DNA of 64,000 nt from Octopus sinensis (taxonomy: Eukaryota): contig NW_021833236.1 of assembly GCF_006345805.1 (NCBI RefSeq), positions 1 to 64,000 of the forward strand, given 5' to 3'. Positions 50,653 through 63,380 of this stretch are shown one piece after another. The position numbers and the translations under genes are program-made. Each line of letters starts with the position of its first letter. The first letter of the stretch is position 1. Below the pieces are notes generated by a model that saw only the letters and a program-made list of their open reading frames with translations, did no database searches and was not told the origin of the DNA.

Positions 50653-51176
50653 TTAGTGGTACTGAAGAGATATAAATCAAGCAATAAGCTCATCCTCCAT
50701 CGGCTATATGTTAGCGATAAAAATAAACCTGAAGAAAGTGCAATCTTCACCGTTTTCAGTGCAAAATTAAGGACTTCAAAGTAAGGGATCAGTGCAATGT
50801 CTTCAAGTAATTATTTATCACGAGTTTTCTTCTAACTCTGAAGCTGTGCAGCGGAAGAAAGATGGCGGAAAACATTCCTATCAAAAGAACTACAACAGAG
50901 AATAAACTCGGTCTAAAAATCCAGAATAAATATGAAGCTTTATAACCTCAATTTATGATGACGACATTAGTTCAGTGAGGGATGCTTCATCGTGTTCAGC
51001 AGAATAGAATTGTTGGTGGTGAAACGACTACAACTGTGAAAAAAAAAAAAATTGCTTGGTGGGAAGATAATAGGAAGTAGATGTAATTTTAGGATATTGA
51101 TACAAACTGTCGGCGTTCTTCAATAAAAGTCAGTCGGGAGTTTATTTACAAACGAATTATTTATGGCCGAATTGAA

Positions 51177-51387
51177 CCCTTTAGAATTTCCCTGTCAAAT
51201 GTAATGCTTATTTATTCACATTGTTTTCAATTAACCTTTTCATTACCTCATAGCTTTGAGATTTCAATGATGGGATTGTGTACTTTTAGAATGACATTGT
51301 AGGGTAGATGTGAGAAGCCAGATCTGACCAGTTTGAACATGAAACAGAGTATTTGGACCGGATATGGCCTGTTTAAGTGCTAAGGAG
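51177..51387. mobile_element. piggyBac-type (CCC-ended, TTAA-like flanks) MITE, degenerate
   Basis: TGAA|CCCTTTAGAATT ... AAGTGCTAAGGAG|CTAA imperfect inverted ends, ~210 bp. Confidence 0.5.
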
Positions 51388-52504
51388 CTAAAATAATAAA
51401 AAAACAAACTGACTTGACTTAGCATGGAGAAGTCATCCACCCAACACCTAAAACCTGTACCTGCTAGAAAATTAAAAGACTTTTCCTGGAGTAAACACAT
51501 GTATAAACTGTACACAAGAAGCGCAAAACTATTCCTCACAAACGATTTCGGAGCCCAACATGGCAATGACTGGGGTATTTAAAATCTATATAAAAGCAGA
51601 AAACTAATGAAAGATGAGTTTTATTTATTTTGGCATTAAGTCTGCTATCGTTGCTTTTATACAGAATTCTATTGGTTTTATGCTACAGTCTTCGACGCCA
51701 AGAAACGTAAATGTAATCCATATTTATTTTTATAGAAGATGTAAAGTTTTAGATTGAAAATATTTATAATGCAGAGAAACAGTTTTTATAGGAAGAAAAT
51801 TTGATGAAAATTATTTCTTCGTATTTGATGATGGAATGTGGAAACCTCTTCCCAAACGAGAAACCTTATTAGCATCAGAGTTCAACAAAACGGATGTTAT
51901 GAAAATATATCTTCACAGGGGATATAAACAAAAATACTAATAAACAAGAATAATAGATATAAACAATAATATACCTGACTTTAAGGAATATGCCAATCGG
52001 AGATTTTTTTATATCAAGCAATGCAATTGCTGTACCATTAATAGTGCCGCTATGAGAACATTTAAATGGAGAACAGATAAAAACTTTCCCCATAGATATA
52101 ATACAAGTGACGGCATTATCCTGACGTCAGCTGGAATGGTGTACAGAAACAGAGATGTGGATAGACTTTATCTGGGAGGAAACTACAGACCTATAAGAAG
52201 CATATTTTGAATGTCCTGCACCATTATCATAACAGCATCTGCTAGACAACAACAGTAACAACAACGAGAACAGTAAAACAAATACAACCGAATGACAAGA
52301 GCGAGAAAAGGACTACGCTGAAAAAGTTGAGGCTGAAACCTTGAAGGAGTACTTAGTCTCCCAAGATACTCCTTCCACCTTAGAGACAGATGTATCAACA
52401 AGCACACGAAAGACAAACACTTTGTATACCAATAAAACATAATGTCTGGTTATATCTTCTAGAAATTTACAAATTATAAACAGTATAAACAAATCATAAA
52501 CATT

Positions 52505-52668
52505 GGGAGCAGGAGTGGCTGTGTGGTAAGTAGCTTGCTTACCAACCACATGGTTCCGGATTCAATCCCACTGCGTGGCACCTTGGGCGAGTGTCTTCTA
52601 CTATAGCCTCGGGCTGACCAAAGCCTTGTGAGTTGATTTGATAGACGGAAACTGAAAGAAGCCCGTCG

Positions 52669-52709
<41 letters not shown>

Positions 52710-52923
52710 TTGTGTGTCTGTGTTTGTTTCCCCCAACATCGCTTGACAACCGAGCTGGTGTGTTTATGTACCCGTAACTTAGCGGTTCGGCAAAAAGAGA
52801 CCGATAGAATGAGTACAAGGCTTACAAAGAATAAGTCCTGGGGTCGATTTGCTCGACTAAAGGCGGTGCTCCAGCATGACCGCAGTCAAATGACTGAAAC
52901 AAGTAAAAGAGTAAAAGAGTAAA
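52505..52923 (+). mobile_element. SINE type A, full length
   Basis: Collinear with 43252-43698; internal (TA)n(TG)n; (GTAAAAGA)n tail. Confidence 0.95.
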
Positions 52924-54543
52924 TGTGTTTTGCACAATCATCACTTTACCAGAACACTCTCTAATGCTGCTTAAGACACACCATATCACCTGCTGCCACC
53001 GGCACTACGTATGTTTATCAACAGCAATTATAATAAATACAATAATCCATCAATGCTTTCTGCCACAACACACGAGAAAGACCTGCGGATAGTAATTCTC
53101 CAATTATTTTCCATCTTATATTTCATAAAAGGAATATCTCCCGAAATATTGTAGAAATATTAAACAAACTATACAGCGTGATACAATATCTTGTCTTTGT
53201 CTTTATTTCTTGGCAGCATTTTGCCAAGTTTGGCCAACTTTTCACCTGCATTGCTTAAAGTTCTTCTTAAACGTATTTATATCATTTGAGAATTATACTT
53301 ATATATTGGAGAAATTTTAACTTCCGTTCTGCTCATGATAGTTGCATTATATCGTATTTTGACATTTATGCGTTCACAACCCTAAAGCAGGAGATAGCAA
53401 CGAAATATCTGTTGAACATAAGAGATAATGAAGCCCCTAAACTCCCAAGATGCAACAGAAAATATCGATTTTACCAACATATCTTTTGAAGATATAAAAT
53501 ATTTTATCAGTATATTCTGAAAAAAGTACATCAAGATACCACTTTTTAAGCGTCATAACATTATTTCTAAAACAATATAAAATATGATTCGTCGGAAGCA
53601 CAGCTCCGGGACAAATCTATAAAAATTTCTGATGTTCAATATATTTATACATTGCAATAAAAGAAATATTAGTGGAACATTCCAATCAAATCTTCCACAA
53701 TCTACAAACAATGCATACATAACTTAAATTGTGAGAAAGAAAACTTAAACATTTTGTATTTCTGTAATGTTCAGCAGCCCAACTGATGTGGACATTTCAT
53801 TCGAAAGTAAAAGGAAAGCAAGATCGCTTAAGACAACTGCTACGAAGCGTACAGCTTGTCTCCATAAATGAGATATTTACGTTTCCATCTGTAATGACTG
53901 ACGCACCATGACGCTGTTTAGCTGCGACCTTCGAAGAAAGACGCCATTTAACACGTACACTGAACACACTATATGTGAGCTGTACAGAAAAAATTATGCA
54001 AGAATTTCCTAAACTTTAAATTATAATCTCGATTTTTACCGTCGTTGCGGTTGATTTTATCTAAATTCCATTGATAGAGATTTTTTTTGGCAGTGAAATA
54101 GGAGAAAGTTTTTAGGGCAGGTTTTAAAAATTAATTACATACAGATATCCATCCACATTTACAGATGTGTGTGTGCGCGCGTATGTGTTTGAGTGTGTGT
54201 GTACGTATAGATGAAGTTATCCAAAAATAATTAAAAAATGAATATTTAATTAGAGGAACCTTGTTATATTTGTGTTGGGGAGACTGGGACAATAAAATAT
54301 GATGAATTCATTCGAAATTCAAATCCAAGAGAGAAAAGAGATGATTATGTCAGTTGTCATCCAATAGTCAATGATAAACCACTCTAGATAAACCAAAATG
54401 CTCTAGTCCGTCTTCACGTCCTGAGTTCAAATTCCACCGAGACCGACTTTACTTTTCATCTTATGAGACTTCGAAGACAGTTGGTGCCATAAATTCCAAA
54501 ATAAAATTAGGATTTATAGAGGGTCAAAGTTGATATATATATA

Positions 54544-54590
<47 letters not shown>

Positions 54591-54948
54591 ATATACATAT
54601 ACATAAATATATATATATATACATATATATGTGTATATTTATGTATGTATATCTATCTATCTATCTCTCTCTCTCTCTATATATATATATATACGTGTGT
54701 AAAGATATATATGTATATATATCAATTAATCAATTTAGGGTAGCAAAAATTTCAATAGAAATTTATCGCTACCAGCGGCCTAGTGGAAAAGAGCAAATAG
54801 TCAAAGACTAAATATATAAAAATTAAACAATTTAGGAATGGCCTTAATAGGCCATTCGTCCACTAGAGAGAGCAGCCATAACTCAAACCGCCAAGTAGTA
54901 GTAATTCAGAAATTAGGTGAAAATTTAAAAACGTTTACCCTAATTCAT

Positions 54949-55047
54949 CTTTATACGATGCATCGTTTCTGTGTTTTTAATGGTAAAATTAGCTTAATTA
55001 AATTAAAATTAAGCTAATCTACCATGGGTTACACTTCATCAGTAAAG
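54949..55047 (-). ncRNA. Type I hammerhead ribozyme-like motif with intact core and extended stem II
   Basis: Minus strand CUUUA-CUGAUGA-A-GUGU...ACAC-A-GAAAC-GAUGCAUC-GU-A-UAAAG. Stem I CUUUA/UAAAG, palindromic stem III ACGAUGCAUCGU, GUA cleavage triplet; stem II also contains AUGGUA/UACCAU and a 12-bp helix. Confidence 0.7.
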
Positions 55048-55161
55048 AAACCGGGATATATATATATATGCATATATATACATCTTATGTAGGATAAAAT
55101 TTTCGAATAAAATTCTATCAATGGCCAGCATACCTTTAAAGGTATTTTTAAATATGCATAT

Positions 55162-55203
<42 letters not shown>

Positions 55204-55291
55204 CTTGGATTTATTTTCTTGATCATTTCGGTTAAACGAACGAAAGCGTTAATAAAAATGTTATCCAAAATTCTGGCTGCCTTCCTTTTCT

Positions 55292-55337
<46 letters not shown>

Positions 55338-56074
55338 CACATCTATATACACATACACAAATACAGTTTATATAATATGTCTAGACATATCTGCTAAAAT
55401 TCATACGCTCACAATAATACACATATACGTATTATGTTATTATTCACATACCAGTGAACGCTACAGAAACACATACATACAACCATACCCTCGAACACGA
55501 GTACATGTATATGCATGACATACATAAGTGTGTATGGATATGTGTGTGCGTGTGTATATATATGTATAGAGGATGATTACTTGAGGCTTTATATATATAT
55601 ATATATACACATGTAAACATACAACATACATAAAATACCATAGTCAAGTCCTTCACCTTACCCTTTAATCATTGCTTACCCGAAGCCGGGTACATAGCCA
55701 TCCAATATACACCCTGTTTACACACAGATAGCAGTTTTGTCTACAATACTGTTTAAACGGTTCGCTGTATCTTACGTTTGTTATGATGATGACAAATATG
55801 GCCGACATCTTGACATGTTGTCACGCGTTTTGTGCTGTTTACCTCTATTTAGACTGTCTGTCACGTATTCACTTCCTGCCTGTAAACTTCCATCTTCGAG
55901 ACACGACGATTTTATTGACATACAACTACAACGGTAGCACCGCAACCACCCTCCAGCACTACCACCACCACCACCACCACCACCAACACCGCCACCACGT
56001 AGCAGTGGTAGTCCTATAACAACTATAGTACTGGCTACTTTTACCCCTTACATTACTACTACTACTACTACTAC

Positions 56075-56115
<41 letters not shown>

Positions 56116-56142
56116 GTAATAATAATAATAACAATAAGGATA

Positions 56143-56275
<133 letters not shown>

Positions 56276-56419
56276 ATTCTTCTATTTATTTCTGTATAAC
56301 TTCTGGAGGAGTTACCTCAGTCCTATATAATCTTAACAAAAAAAATTAAGTAGACTGACATGTAATTTTTGAACGAAATATCGTTCAACCAATTTCACAT
56401 AATAACCATGGCACTCTTC

Positions 56420-56477
<58 letters not shown>

Positions 56478-56481
56478 TAAC

Positions 56482-56518
<37 letters not shown>

Positions 56519-56519
<1 letters not shown>

Positions 56520-57588
56520 GGAAAGCAAAAAATTTGCTATTGATCTCGTGCAGGATACCCAAACTGAACAACCCGAGGGAAGTACGGCAACTATTGTTGC
56601 AAAGAAGGTGAAAATGATGGCAATGAAAAAAGCGCACGAGCAATTGGCTGATAGGTGGGAGGAGAAACCTCTGCACGGCAAATATGTGACCCGCAGCAAA
56701 CAAGCTGATGTTGACCAGAAGCAAACCCATCAGTGGCTGCGGAGCTCAGGGCTAAAAGCAGAGAGCGAAGGTTTCATCCTGGCTGCTCAAGACCAAAGCC
56801 TATCAACCCGGAACTACCAGGCCAATGTGATGAAAAATGGAGCAGACCCAAAATGCCGATTCTGCAACGACATGATTGAAACAGTGGACCACCTAATCTC
56901 TGGATGTAAAGTCTTAGCACCAGTGGAGTATAAATTAAGACATGACAGAGTTGGCCAATATCTCCACTGGCTAATAAGTCGGCATTACATATCAAAACTG
57001 CCGACAAGTGGTATAATCACCACCCTGAGGCTGTAACTGAAGGAGAAAATGTAACCATTCTGTGGGACTTTCCAGTACATACAGACCGAACCATCAAGGC
57101 CAATAAACCAGATATTGTTGTGAAAGACCAAAACAATAAAGTTTGCTTATTGATCGACATGAGCATCCCCTGTGATCCTAATATCTCAGCGAAAGAGTTT
57201 GACAAGCTCAGAAAATATAAAGACCTACTCATTGAAATTGAGAAAATGTGGCATCTCAAGGCGGTTACAATACCAGTGATCGTAGGAGCACTAGGAATGA
57301 TCAAGATGGGAACCGAAAATTATATGAGAATGATCCCTGGCTTACCATCCCTGCAAGAAGTGCAAAAGATTGTCTTAACTAGTATTGAGAAGAGCATTGT
57401 CGATGTGAGAACTGTTGCTGCTCATGTATTTTAATTTAACTTTTAAAAAAAATTAAAAAAATGAACGAACTACTGAGTTTGGCTTAATGGCCTACCAATA
57501 TACACTATGAGTTTCTTTGCCCTAGGAGTCGGGAAGACACTCGGCAAGAAATGGAAGAAAATTTGAAAGAAGAAAAAAAAAAGTAAAA

Positions 57589-57590
<2 letters not shown>
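56519..57590 (+). mobile_element. R4/Dong-like LINE 3' ~1.07 kb, young-looking
   Basis: WEEKPLHGKY, WLRSSGLKAESEGFILAAQDQ, CRFCNDMIETVDHLISGC, RHDRVG, ANKPDIVVKD..LLIDMSIP, IPVIVGALG; one frameshift near 56990; (TAA)n on both sides. Confidence 0.95.
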
Positions 57591-57634
<44 letters not shown>

Positions 57635-57645
57635 TAATAATAATA

Positions 57646-57677
<32 letters not shown>

Positions 57678-57799
57678 GTAAGAAGAAGAAGGAGGAGAAG
57701 AAGAAGAAGAAGAAGAAGAAGAAGAAGAAGAAGAAGAAGAAGAAGAAGAAGAAGAAGAAGAGAAGAAGAAGAAGAAGAAGAAGAGTAACGATGATGATT

Positions 57800-57960
57800 T
57801 CAAATTTTGGTACAAGGTCAGCAAGTTCGGGGATGGGTGTAAGTACCAGTGTTCAACTGGTACTTATTTAAAACTAGAGTGGGTAATCGACCCCGGAAGG
57901 ATGAAAGGCAAAGTTGACCGTCGCGGAATTTTAACTCAGTAATTCGGTAAAATAAAATAA
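57800..57960 (-). mobile_element. SINE type B fragment
   Basis: GGTACAAGG...CAACTGGTACTTATTT...TCGACCCCGGAAGGATGAAAGGCAAAGTTGACC. Confidence 0.75.
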
Positions 57961-58250
57961 GAATATCGATAAAACTCAGCGAGATAACAAACGCAGAATC
58001 TGTGGAAAAGGTGACGAATACACCAACCATCTATTAAGTGAATAACAAGAGTATAGGCACGGGAATGACTGTATCGGTAAAAGAATGCATCGGGATGTTA
58101 GTAGAGTGCCACCGGGGAGCATTACTGGTTCCGGATAATTTCTATAGTGATGGTAAAGCCGCCATCCAGGTCCGCCCGGGATGCATGCAAAGCAATGAAA
58201 CCATTCTACATGCACTATTGCAGTACTCGAGCATTTCTGATTTGTGAACG
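57961..58250 (+). mobile_element. Decayed LINE zinc-knuckle fragments (Dong-like, then L1/Tx1-like)
   Basis: IDKTQRDNKRRICGKGDEYTNHLLSE, then RGAL.V.D.....G......P.CMQS.ETILHALLQ.SSISDL. Confidence 0.45.
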
Positions 58251-58588
58251 AGTTCGGTGATCATCCGACTACATTGTAACGATCAACGAGCCAACATCTT
58301 TTGGCCGGTCAAGGCAAGGAGCATTCCTTTGTTTGATGAGAGGAGGCTACTGCCCCCCTCACTCCCACTGAATTTCTAAGAAGTTGGGCGAATGTGATGA
58401 GAATAGCACTCGTGAATAGATCTACTCTAAGCATATGCTTGTCGGCTGAATATGACGAAGGAGGCGGGGAACATTTTCTATGGTGTTCATAACGAGCAGG
58501 GAGACTCGAAGCCTGTGGAGGTCCTTGATAGCCCAAGAAGTCCTCTTTGATCAGAAAGATTGCATCATCATCATATTGATAATACGGT

Positions 58589-58961
58589 GTGGAGGCCCAG
58601 TGGTTAGGGCAGCGGACTCGCGGTCGTAGGATCGCGGTTTCGATTCCCAGACCGGGCGTTGTGAGTGTTTATTGAGCGAAAATACCTAAAAGCTCCGCGA
58701 GGCTCCGGCAGGGGATGGCGGTGATCCCTGCTGTACTCTTTCACCACAACTTTCTCTCACTCTTACTTCCTGTTTCTGTTGTACAAGTATTTCAAAGGGC
58801 CGACCTTGTCACTCTCTGTGTCACGCTGAATATTCCCGAGAACTACGTTAAGTGTACACGTGTCTGTGGAGTGCTCAGCCACTTACACGTTAATTTCACG
58901 AGCAGGCTGTTCCGTTGATTCGGATCAACAGGAACCCTCATCGTCGTAACCGACGGAGTGC
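58589..58961 (+). mobile_element. SINE type C, full length
   Basis: Collinear with 48288-48668. Confidence 0.93.
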
Positions 58962-59122
58962 TTCTAAAAAAAATACGGTGTACCATGCACAGATTTTTAA
59001 AATCCTTCCATTCTATGTAAACCCTCACACTTAATGTCTATCTTTGTATGGTCCTCTTCGTCCGCCACCCTAATGGCAAATATAAACCTCATCATCATCA
59101 TCATCATCATTATTATTATTAT

Positions 59123-59386
59123 GGGTTTTTCTTCTTTTAAATTTGCTTCCATTTCTTGCCGAGTGTCTTCCCGACTCCTAGGGCAAAGAAACTCATAGTA
59201 TACATTGGTAGGCCATTAAACTAAACTCACTAGTTCGTTCATATTTTGTTTGTTTAAGTTAAATTAAAATACATGGGTAGTAATAGTTCTCACGTCGACA
59301 ATGCTCTTCTCAATACGTGTGATGTACCAGTTAAGACAATCGTTTGCACTTCTTGCAGGGATGGTAAGCCAGGGATCATTCTCATA
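59123..59386 (-). mobile_element. R4/Dong-like 3' end, same subfamily as 56519 and 40460
   Basis: Encodes MIPGLPSLQEVQTIVLTGTSHVLRRAL plus the shared 3' UTR; (ATT)n flanks. Confidence 0.9.
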
Positions 59387-59406
59387 TATTATTATTATTA
59401 TTATTA

Positions 59407-59466
<60 letters not shown>

Positions 59467-59859
59467 TTATATCCGTTTTGATATTTCTATTTAGACTTCT
59501 CTCCTCTACTTCTGTTTTGAGTTCTATTTTTCCTGTTTTTTCCTGCATCAGACCTATTTCAAAACCTCAATATCTTATTTATGAATAATAAAAACAAGAA
59601 AGAGTTTACTGGATAAACTGGTCCTTCATCTTCATATTTTTTGGCGCTGAAAAGATGGCTCAGGCATACATTTCATCTAAACTCGATCAAGTTCGGTCAG
59701 TGTCCACAAACAACCAGCAACGACCGCAACCGCTCCTAGGTTTCATGTATAATAAAAGTAGATACCAGTAGTGCTTAAAGGTGTATTATTAGACATTTAA
59801 TTTACTGTTGAAGACTTGTGGAATCCTGCTCTCGCTAGAAGCCCCTTAATTCAAATTAT

Positions 59860-61959
59860 AACTCTTTTACTCTTTTACATGTTTCAGTCATTTGACTGCG
59901 GCCATGCTGGAGCACCGCCTTTAAGTCGAGCAAATCGACCCCGGGACTTATTCTTTGTAAGCCCAGTACTTATTCTATCGGTCTCTTTTGCCGAACCGCT
60001 AGGTAACGGGGACATAAACACACCAACATCGGTTGTCAAGCAATGCTAGGGGGGACAAACACAGACACACAAACACACACACGCGCATATATACACTTGC
60101 GTGTGAAATTAATTAGCACTTCTCAAATTTCTACATTTTCTTACATTTTCTTAATTTAATTAACTTATTATCAGAAACGAACTCGTTTTTAATCAAAAGT
60201 TTATTAAAACATATCCCAGCACACCACATAATTGTTATTAATCGTGAAATTTAGTCAATATCTTGTTGCTCCTCCTTTGGCAGCAATGACAGCTGCTACG
60301 CGGGTCGGCATGCTGTCTATGAGTGCCTGCAGGTACTGTGCAGGGATGGCCCTCCATGCAGCAAGAAGTGCCCCAAACAGCTCGTGTCGGTTCCTGTATT
60401 GCTGCACATTCAAATCCCTACCCAATCGACTCCAGAGGTTCCCAATAGGGTTCAGTCCATGACCATCACCCCATGGTCCTTGAAGAAACCGGTTGTGAGC
60501 TTGGCTGTGTGGGGAGGCGCGTTGTCCTGCTGGAGCACGTACTCCTCGCCACCAAAGAGGTATCTCGCAGAGGGTAGGGCAGCATTCCGTACTATCTCAA
60601 CGTACTTTGCTGCGTTGATGTTGCCTTCGACGGCATAGAGCCGCCCAACACCACTGTAGCTGAACGCCCCCCACACCATCAGACCACCCCCACCATGCTT
60701 CATGGTGGGAGCAATGCAGTCTTTGTTGAAGCGCTCACCTCTGCGGCGTTGCACATGGACAGGCTTGTCACTGACGAGACTGAATCGCGACTCGTCAGTG
60801 AACATCACTGTCCGCCACTGCTGCACGGTCCATGTCTTGTGGGCACGGGCCCAGAGCAGCCGCCTCTTCCGGTTTTGGGCTGTAAAGAGCGGCTTACGGG
60901 CGGCCCTACAGGATTTTAGACCAGCTTCCAGTAATCTGGTCTTGACGGTGGTTGTAGACAACTGCTTCCCTGTCACCTTTTGCATCTCCTCCGCCAGTTG
61001 CCGGCTCGTTGCCCTTCGGTTGTTCAGTGACTTTCGGATCAGCATCCGGTCCTCCCGCTGGGTCGTCAGCCTCTTCCGTCCCCTACCGTTTTTGTCAGCT
61101 GCTGATCCGGTTTCCTCGTATTTCTTAAATAAGCACTGAATTGGCTATTGCAGCCTCCGACAGCTTCCCACGCCACGAGAGAGCCTCATACCGTCTCTCC
61201 AAGGTCATGCGAGGTCTTGGGCCCATCTAGGAATGAACGATAAAAACCAGTTATTTTCATTAAAACTATTCATTTGAATAATGTTATGCTATAACAAAAC
61301 TGCTATGAGTTATTATTCATTAAACAAAAAAGAAAGAAAGCAGAATTTCTCACCTTATTTGATGTATAACAGAAAGTTTTGTGAACTGAAGTGACGTCAC
61401 GAAGCAGAGTGTAGGAGAATTTGTGAGGAAAAAAAATCTTGCAAATACAGAAATCAATTAACCTACGAGCTGTTCAAAACGTCTTACGCGATGAGAAAAC
61501 TTAGTACGGTGTGATTTCGGTCCTTGCGAGGCGCTACCTATATCTATTAAACAAAGGAAGATTTGTCTGCATCCGCACTCCAAGTTGTTGTTGCACTGCT
61601 ATGTCAACATCATTAGGCTGTAGACTCTCAAACCGCTCTGCAAACAAAGTTACGTCATCGTTCTGCGCAACAGTGAACTCGCAACAAAGCAATAGTTCGA
61701 GATATGGCCACTAGGTGACAGCACATACCTTGGGTGAAGAGCAAATCAAGGGTGCTAATTAATTTCCGACGGTAGTGTATATGTATATACATATATACGA
61801 CGGGCTTCTTTCAGTTTCCGTCTACGAAATCCACTCACAAGGCTTTGGTCGGCCCGAGGCTATAGTAGAAGACACTTGCTCAAGGTGCCACGCAGTGGGA
61901 CTGAACCCGGAACCATGTGGTTGGTAAACAAGCTACTTACCACGCAGCCACTCCTGCGC
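59860..61959 (-). mobile_element. SINE type A split in two (3' half 59860-60093, 5' half 61778-61959) by a Tc1 insertion
   Basis: The two halves rejoin into a collinear full type A copy across its internal TA tract. Confidence 0.92.
60094..61777 (-). mobile_element. Tc1-family (DD34E) transposon, 1684 bp, transposase pseudogene at 60255-61226
   Basis: 26-bp TIRs CACTTGCGTGTGAAATTAATTAGCAC / rc CACTACCGTCGGAAATTAATTAGCAC (22/26), TA on both sides. Motifs KKYEETGS, ARKPL, FTDESRF, KHGGGGLMVWG, QQDNAPPH, LNPIGNLW, AKGGATRY; frameshifts and a deletion. Confidence 0.95.
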
Positions 61960-62444
61960 ATAAGTGAATATAATTTTGACATTATGTGTATATATAGGCA
62001 AGGGTGTGCTAAGAACATCGGTGTTGATGTATATGTTTGTATGTGTTTACAGTTTTGTTAATACTTCTTGGTTCAACGACATATGTACGGTGTCTGCTAG
62101 AGGGGATCGGTCGACAAACAGCGGAGCCAGTGATTGTATATAAACAGAACAACACTCTCACCTTCCCTCTCTCCATCTCCTGCTCCCTCCCTCCCTCTCT
62201 TTCTCACTCACTTTCTCAATTACTCACTCACTCACTCACCATCTCTCTCTCTCTACATCTCCTTCTCTGATATACATGTATACGCACACACACACACATA
62301 TACAGACACATTGATATATACACGCCGAATGAAACAAACATATATATATATACATGCATATTTATGTGTATGTATGCTTGTGTATATGTATATTTTTACA
62401 CACGTATATGTATATATATATATTATATATATATATATTATATA

Positions 62445-62480
<36 letters not shown>

Positions 62481-62693
62481 TGTATGTATGAGCCTATGTG
62501 TGTATACAAATGCTTCTAGATCCATAAATATTTACATAACGCATGCATATACACGGATGCACGCATATACATGTTCTTAGGCACACAAACACACATACGG
62601 ATAGAAGCACGTATACATACCATGCCCATCATGTTCGACAGTAATGCATATGATAACATACCTAATTGTAAATATAATTGAATATATGCATAC

Positions 62694-62730
<37 letters not shown>

Positions 62731-63380
62731 CGTGTGTACGTACAGTTCTGGTATAAGCAAAATTAGTCATTTACTTGCACATTACATATAAAAACATTAA
62801 GTTACACACTCACACATACACACACAAACATATATTTATATTCATATACATACATTTATTTACGCAATTCTACCAACCTATTTCCCTCTCTCTTTTCCCC
62901 CCTCTATTTCTCCCCCCCCCCTCTTCTTACACAGAAACACGCATATATAAGTACGTAAATGTCGAACGATGAAAATGAGTGCTCAACATCGTATTGGTGA
63001 AGAGAATTTTTCTGTTTGTGAATACCATTGGTTTCATGTTAAGAGAAATGGGAAAATATCTTAATATCTTAACAAGTCCTCAAGCCAATCACATGCAGGA
63101 ATATCGTCTCGTTGAATTCGCGGAGATTCTCTTAAGAAAACAATAAATCAAGGGGCGATACCCCAAGATGTCATCTTTTTGGATGGCTATCTCCGTTGGA
63201 TTTGACCTTTGGGAAAACAGTCGAGTCGAATAGTAAATTTGTTGGCAATTATCTTAATTTCTGGGTGTACGTGATGTTCGTATGCTTGTGTGCTGCAGTA
63301 GTTCGTCGTGGGGTAATATTTCTTCTGTGTGTGGAGTTCGTGTGTTATGTATATTCAAATTTCACGTTCAGAAAAAGGGG

